64,000 nt of DNA from contig JAAOMT010000134.1 of assembly GCA_016748015.1 (NCBI GenBank), forward strand, positions 192,757 to 256,756, read 5' to 3'. The translations under genes were made by a program, and so were the position numbers. Below the pieces are notes generated by a model. That model saw only the letters and a program-made list of their open reading frames with translations. It did not search any database and was not told the origin of the DNA. This document shows, piece by piece, positions 59,834-64,000 of this stretch (within the stretch, counting starts at the first letter, position 1; every line of letters starts with the position of its first letter). This stretch comes from Geosiphon pyriformis uo1. Its lineage: Eukaryota; Fungi; Glomeromycota.

Positions 59834-62800
59834 AAAAAATATTAAATCTACTACAGACCAAAAAAATCTTATTGGAAAGAATCTTAGAAAAAATTTTACA
59901 AGTAGTTTCAATTAAAACAATTAGTCTAATATTGATCAAAATACTTTTCTACTTATAAGGTTTAAGAATTATTAACATTCAAGCTTTTTTTCAAGATTAA
60001 AATACAGATTTACACACCAAATAAAAATTTAAAAAATCCAAAAACATGACAAAAATTAAATCATTACAATGTTTTCAAAGCTTATTTGTAATTCTAGACA
60101 ACCAATGGCTTTTCCATCAAACAAATCTTTAATTACACATATTAAATTATCATAATTAATAACACTTATAATATTAAAAAAAGCAATGTTATCAAAATAA
60201 GCCAGCAACAAATATTGACAATGCCACAGATCAAAAATACTGTTCATTACCAATCTTTTTTTTTGTTTAATTTTCCATAATTGTATCTATTTTAACTTTA
60301 ATCTCACTAGAATTCAGAATTAATTTATTATTAATAACCAAATAATTTAATACAACTTTTGAAAAAAGACACTTCAATACACTCTTAATTGTGTAATTTT
60401 TATTTACAGCAAAGCTTTTTATTTATTTATCAATAACAAATCTAATAAGTAACTTTTTAGTTCTTAGAGATTCAGCAAGTTTAGAGACATAATATGATTT
60501 TTTCACTTTAAAAAAAGAGAATTTTATACTATTAAAATTAAAACCAGAGTCCAACAAAACTTGAATACTAGAAGCATTATTACTGTTCAAAAACATCTAG
60601 TAGCTTATCAAAGAATTAAACTTATCATTAGTATTATTATATAAAGATCTGACAATTTTCAACACCAACAATTCCAGTAAATTATAATGTTCTAGATATT
60701 GAAGAGCACTTTAATACTAATCATTGAGTGGTTTTTGTTTTCATAGATTTAGGTGGTTTGTTGGATATATGTTTGAACTTTCTTTATAAGCTGGCAAATA
60801 AGGACTACTAGAAATTTGATTTTAAAAATACTAATAATACAAAATAGAATAAATTCAAAGAGACTATAATGACCAATACTACTATGTTTTTTAATGAGTT
60901 TGCTGCATCTAGAAATCTTTCAGACATAGATGCAATATGAAATGTTATTTGTAAAATAGTGAGTTTATTAGCCAATAAAATGTTTAAAAAAAATGGTTCA
61001 AAAATTTTAATAATGTCTTTACCAAGAAATTTTTTAAGTTTTATAAATTATCATATTAATTAAATTTGAGGAGACAAATATAAAATCAATTGTTTTTTCA
61101 GCACTTTTAAAATTATTTTATGTTAAGATTTTTGCAGCTGAGCTTTCCACCAAAAAATTAACCAGTCCTAAATTAGATATTTTTTGAAGTTAGCATATTT
61201 GTAAGAACTATTTTTATTGAAATTATCTTCTAAAATTACAAATAAAGTTTTGTTTACAGTTTTAGCAATTAGTAAATTGATCTCTACAGCTTGAGCCAAG
61301 TGTGTTGCCAGAGCAATACCAATATACAGCACCAAAATTAACATAAAGAGTTTATTCTTAAAAAGCAGCTTAATAAACAAAAGCCTATTAGTAATCTTTG
61401 AAATCTTGTATATATGTCTCACCAAACCAACATTCATAATAATTACAACACCAAAACTCAAGTAGCCAGATTTCAAACCAGATGTAAACACTTAAATATC
61501 ATTAAATTTGTTTATAAACTATGGACAAATCTTATCTTTTAATTTTGTTTCAATAATAATAGAAATCAAATTGTTTATTTTTTTATGTCAACAAATAATA
61601 TTCTCTTGTTTAGCAGAGTTGTTCATATCTTTAACATTGTACATGGCAATTTTCCAGATCAAATCAATTATTATTAAAGAATAATGTCTAAATCTAAACT
61701 TTTATTATCTACTTTGACTAGTAAATTCATAATTATATCTGATAAATTGTCTATTTTTTTTTCAAATTTTTTGATAACTAATAAATTCAAATTTTCTATT
61801 TAAGCAATAGTCTTATTATTAGTGGTTGCACTCAAACTTTCACTTATTACTATATCTGCTCTTTAATTTTATAATAAAAAAATTACCAATAGCTAACATT
61901 CAGGGTTAGGCTAAGGAATTATTGGTCTAAGTGTATTCAATCTCTTAGCCAGCTTATCAACTTGCTTTACAAGACTGTTAAAACTATATTCAAAAGCAGC
62001 AAATCTATTACTCACTTTCAAAAAAACCAGCAAAAAAGGTTTAATATCTAAAAATGAATCAATAGTAAAAAAAACCAAAGATATTTTACAAAAAACAGAC
62101 TTATCAGCAATTTGGCCCAAGTTTTTTTTACCAAATAAGACTGGTTAAGCAATTGGTACCTGGTTCTTTTTATATATATTTTCCAAGCAAATTTTATTTT
62201 AAGAATTAATTACTCTTTTAATGTGACTACCCAAATTTTTACTTTTTAAATAAGTATTAGAAACATAACCAAATTGTTTACACTAAGCACACAAGCCAAA
62301 AAAAGACCAGTTCAATACAAATTTACACTTTTAAAAACTGAAATAGAGCCAATTGCAGTCTTTTTTAATGCTTTATCAACAAAACAAATCACAACATATT
62401 TATTACAAACATAAAAAACTAGATTATGGCCAATAGAATAAGTTTTTTACTATATAATTTCAACAAACCAGAAAGATTATGAACAGTAATACTAATTGAC
62501 AAAATATATAGTAAAATCTGATGTAGATTTTTAGATACTTACATTTGTTTATTATCAACAGTTTTAGCCACATAAACAGAATTATTTTTTATAAAACTGA
62601 TCATTTAATTGTAACCAAATTAGCAATATTAACAGATTTAAATTCAATTAAGACTTTTTATCAAAAACCAATAAGCTGTATTTTGATTAATACAACTTTA
62701 CTGAATTTGGAAAAAACTAATTTTACAGCTAATTTGAAAAGATTAACTGAAATTTTTTTAATTATTATTTCTCAATCTGAACATCTGTTTATCTTCTTAA

Positions 62801-63258
62801 TATTATTGTTTACCAAAAAATTTTTATAGATTGTTATCTTCTTAGTTTCTTTTAAACTTAATTTTGATGTAAAAGTTGATTTAATAATCTTTGGAAATTT
62901 TAAAAGAATTAATGCTTTCTCAAAATCATCAACATAATAAAATTTTTTTTTCACATTTAATAACTTATTACCAGTAGATTTTTCAAATATAGCAAATAAC
63001 TTAATATTAAGTGCAAAAAATTTTGTCAAATTAAAACTCTGTTTTTTTAAGGCACATGACTCAGTTGGTAACAAACAATTAAATTCAGAGAACTTAAAAG
63101 CTGGAAGTATCAGAATTTTGTTATTATTGTTGTTTAGATTGTCAAAAAAATTTTCTTAGACTGGCTGTCTAAAACATAAGTCCTAATATATGTCTTTTTA
63201 AATATAACTTTGTTTATTGTGTTGTCTATTTCTAAAGCATTCGAATTAACATAGCTGG
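59834..63258 (-). mobile_element. LINE copy I, 5' part (ORF1 end, APE, linker), with an internal inversion; cut by the LTR at 63259
   Basis: ORFs 61168-61491, 61911-62120 and 62772-63074 are homologous to copy B. Confidence 0.85.
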
Positions 63259-64000
63259 TATTACTTATAGAAATTAGAAATTATAATAATAAGTAAAATA
63301 ACCAATCAAAAATAAGCATAGTAAAAAAAAAAATTTCAGGATTCCAGAATTCCAAAATTTTAGGATTCTTTTTAAAAAAATTGAAAAATTTCAAAAAATC
63401 TCATATAACATAAATTATATATATATAGTAAGAATATTAGAAACAAAAAAAATATTTAAGACTCAGACAAAATAGTAGTTAGCAATCATTACTTATTTTA
63501 TACCTTTTCCTTTAAAAGATAGTTTTCAATAACTTAAAGCAAAATTACATTAATATTATTAAAATATTTTATTATCATTCAATTCATGTTATTGTTGCTT
63601 GATTAAAAATATTAATAATTTCTCTATTATTAACAATTTATGTTAATAAACTTCAATACTTAATTATACTAAGCTAATAGCTCTTAATTATGACTATTAA
63701 CAAAATACTAATTTTTTATTTTATTTTATTTTATTTTATTTTTTTATTTTGTTTTGTTTTGTTTCTTTGTTGTTTATTAATTAATTAAAAAAATTAAACA
63801 CTGAGTATTTGACATCAAAAATAGCTTAATAAAAAACCTGGGAACAAAAGTAAAAATTTAAGAATAGCTTACTAAAAGAATATGACTGTTAAAATAAACT
63901 GACCACTATGCTAAAAAAAAAATTCACAAAAAAACTATTAATTGAATTTTTGTCTATTATACAAAAAACTTAACAAAAACTTTCAAACTTCAAAATTTTT
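63259..64000 (+). repeat. F-related LTR in the opposite orientation, running off the window
   Basis: TATTACTTATAG start is the reverse complement of the F-type LTR end. Contains a CAGGATTCCAGAATTCC array, and its body matches the 36671 LTR. Confidence 0.8.

Overview
This is eukaryotic, almost certainly fungal, genomic DNA. The short GT-AG introns, the gene set and the transposon style suggest an early-diverging Mucoromycota/Glomeromycotina fungus such as Geosiphon (inference). About 90% of the window is nested, decayed retrotransposon sequence. There are at least seven copies or fragments of one RNase H-bearing LINE family. There are three complete Ty3/Gypsy LTR elements with 4-bp TSDs (F 15295-33033, G 19906-27525 nested inside F, H 49925-59829), plus truncated F-like pieces. 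The repeats show heavy C>T/G>A mutation and CpG loss. A ~6 kb CpG-retaining gene island (40.7-46.8 kb) holds an APE1/ExoIII AP endonuclease, a Ugo1/SLC25A46-like carrier and a peroxisomal (SKL) ACAD10/11-type phosphotransferase. The most striking signal is the non-canonical architecture shared by the three divergent Gypsy families: pol stops just after RNase H, integrase is a separate ORF, and a related third coding region sits in the env position. F and H also carry a Cys-rich domain and a dUTPase between protease and RT, probable GUG starts and a U5 sequence complementary to the PBS. G instead has a UUUAAC-type (U_UUA_AAC) -1 frameshift signal. All alignments were made by eye, so boundaries in decayed regions are approximate.
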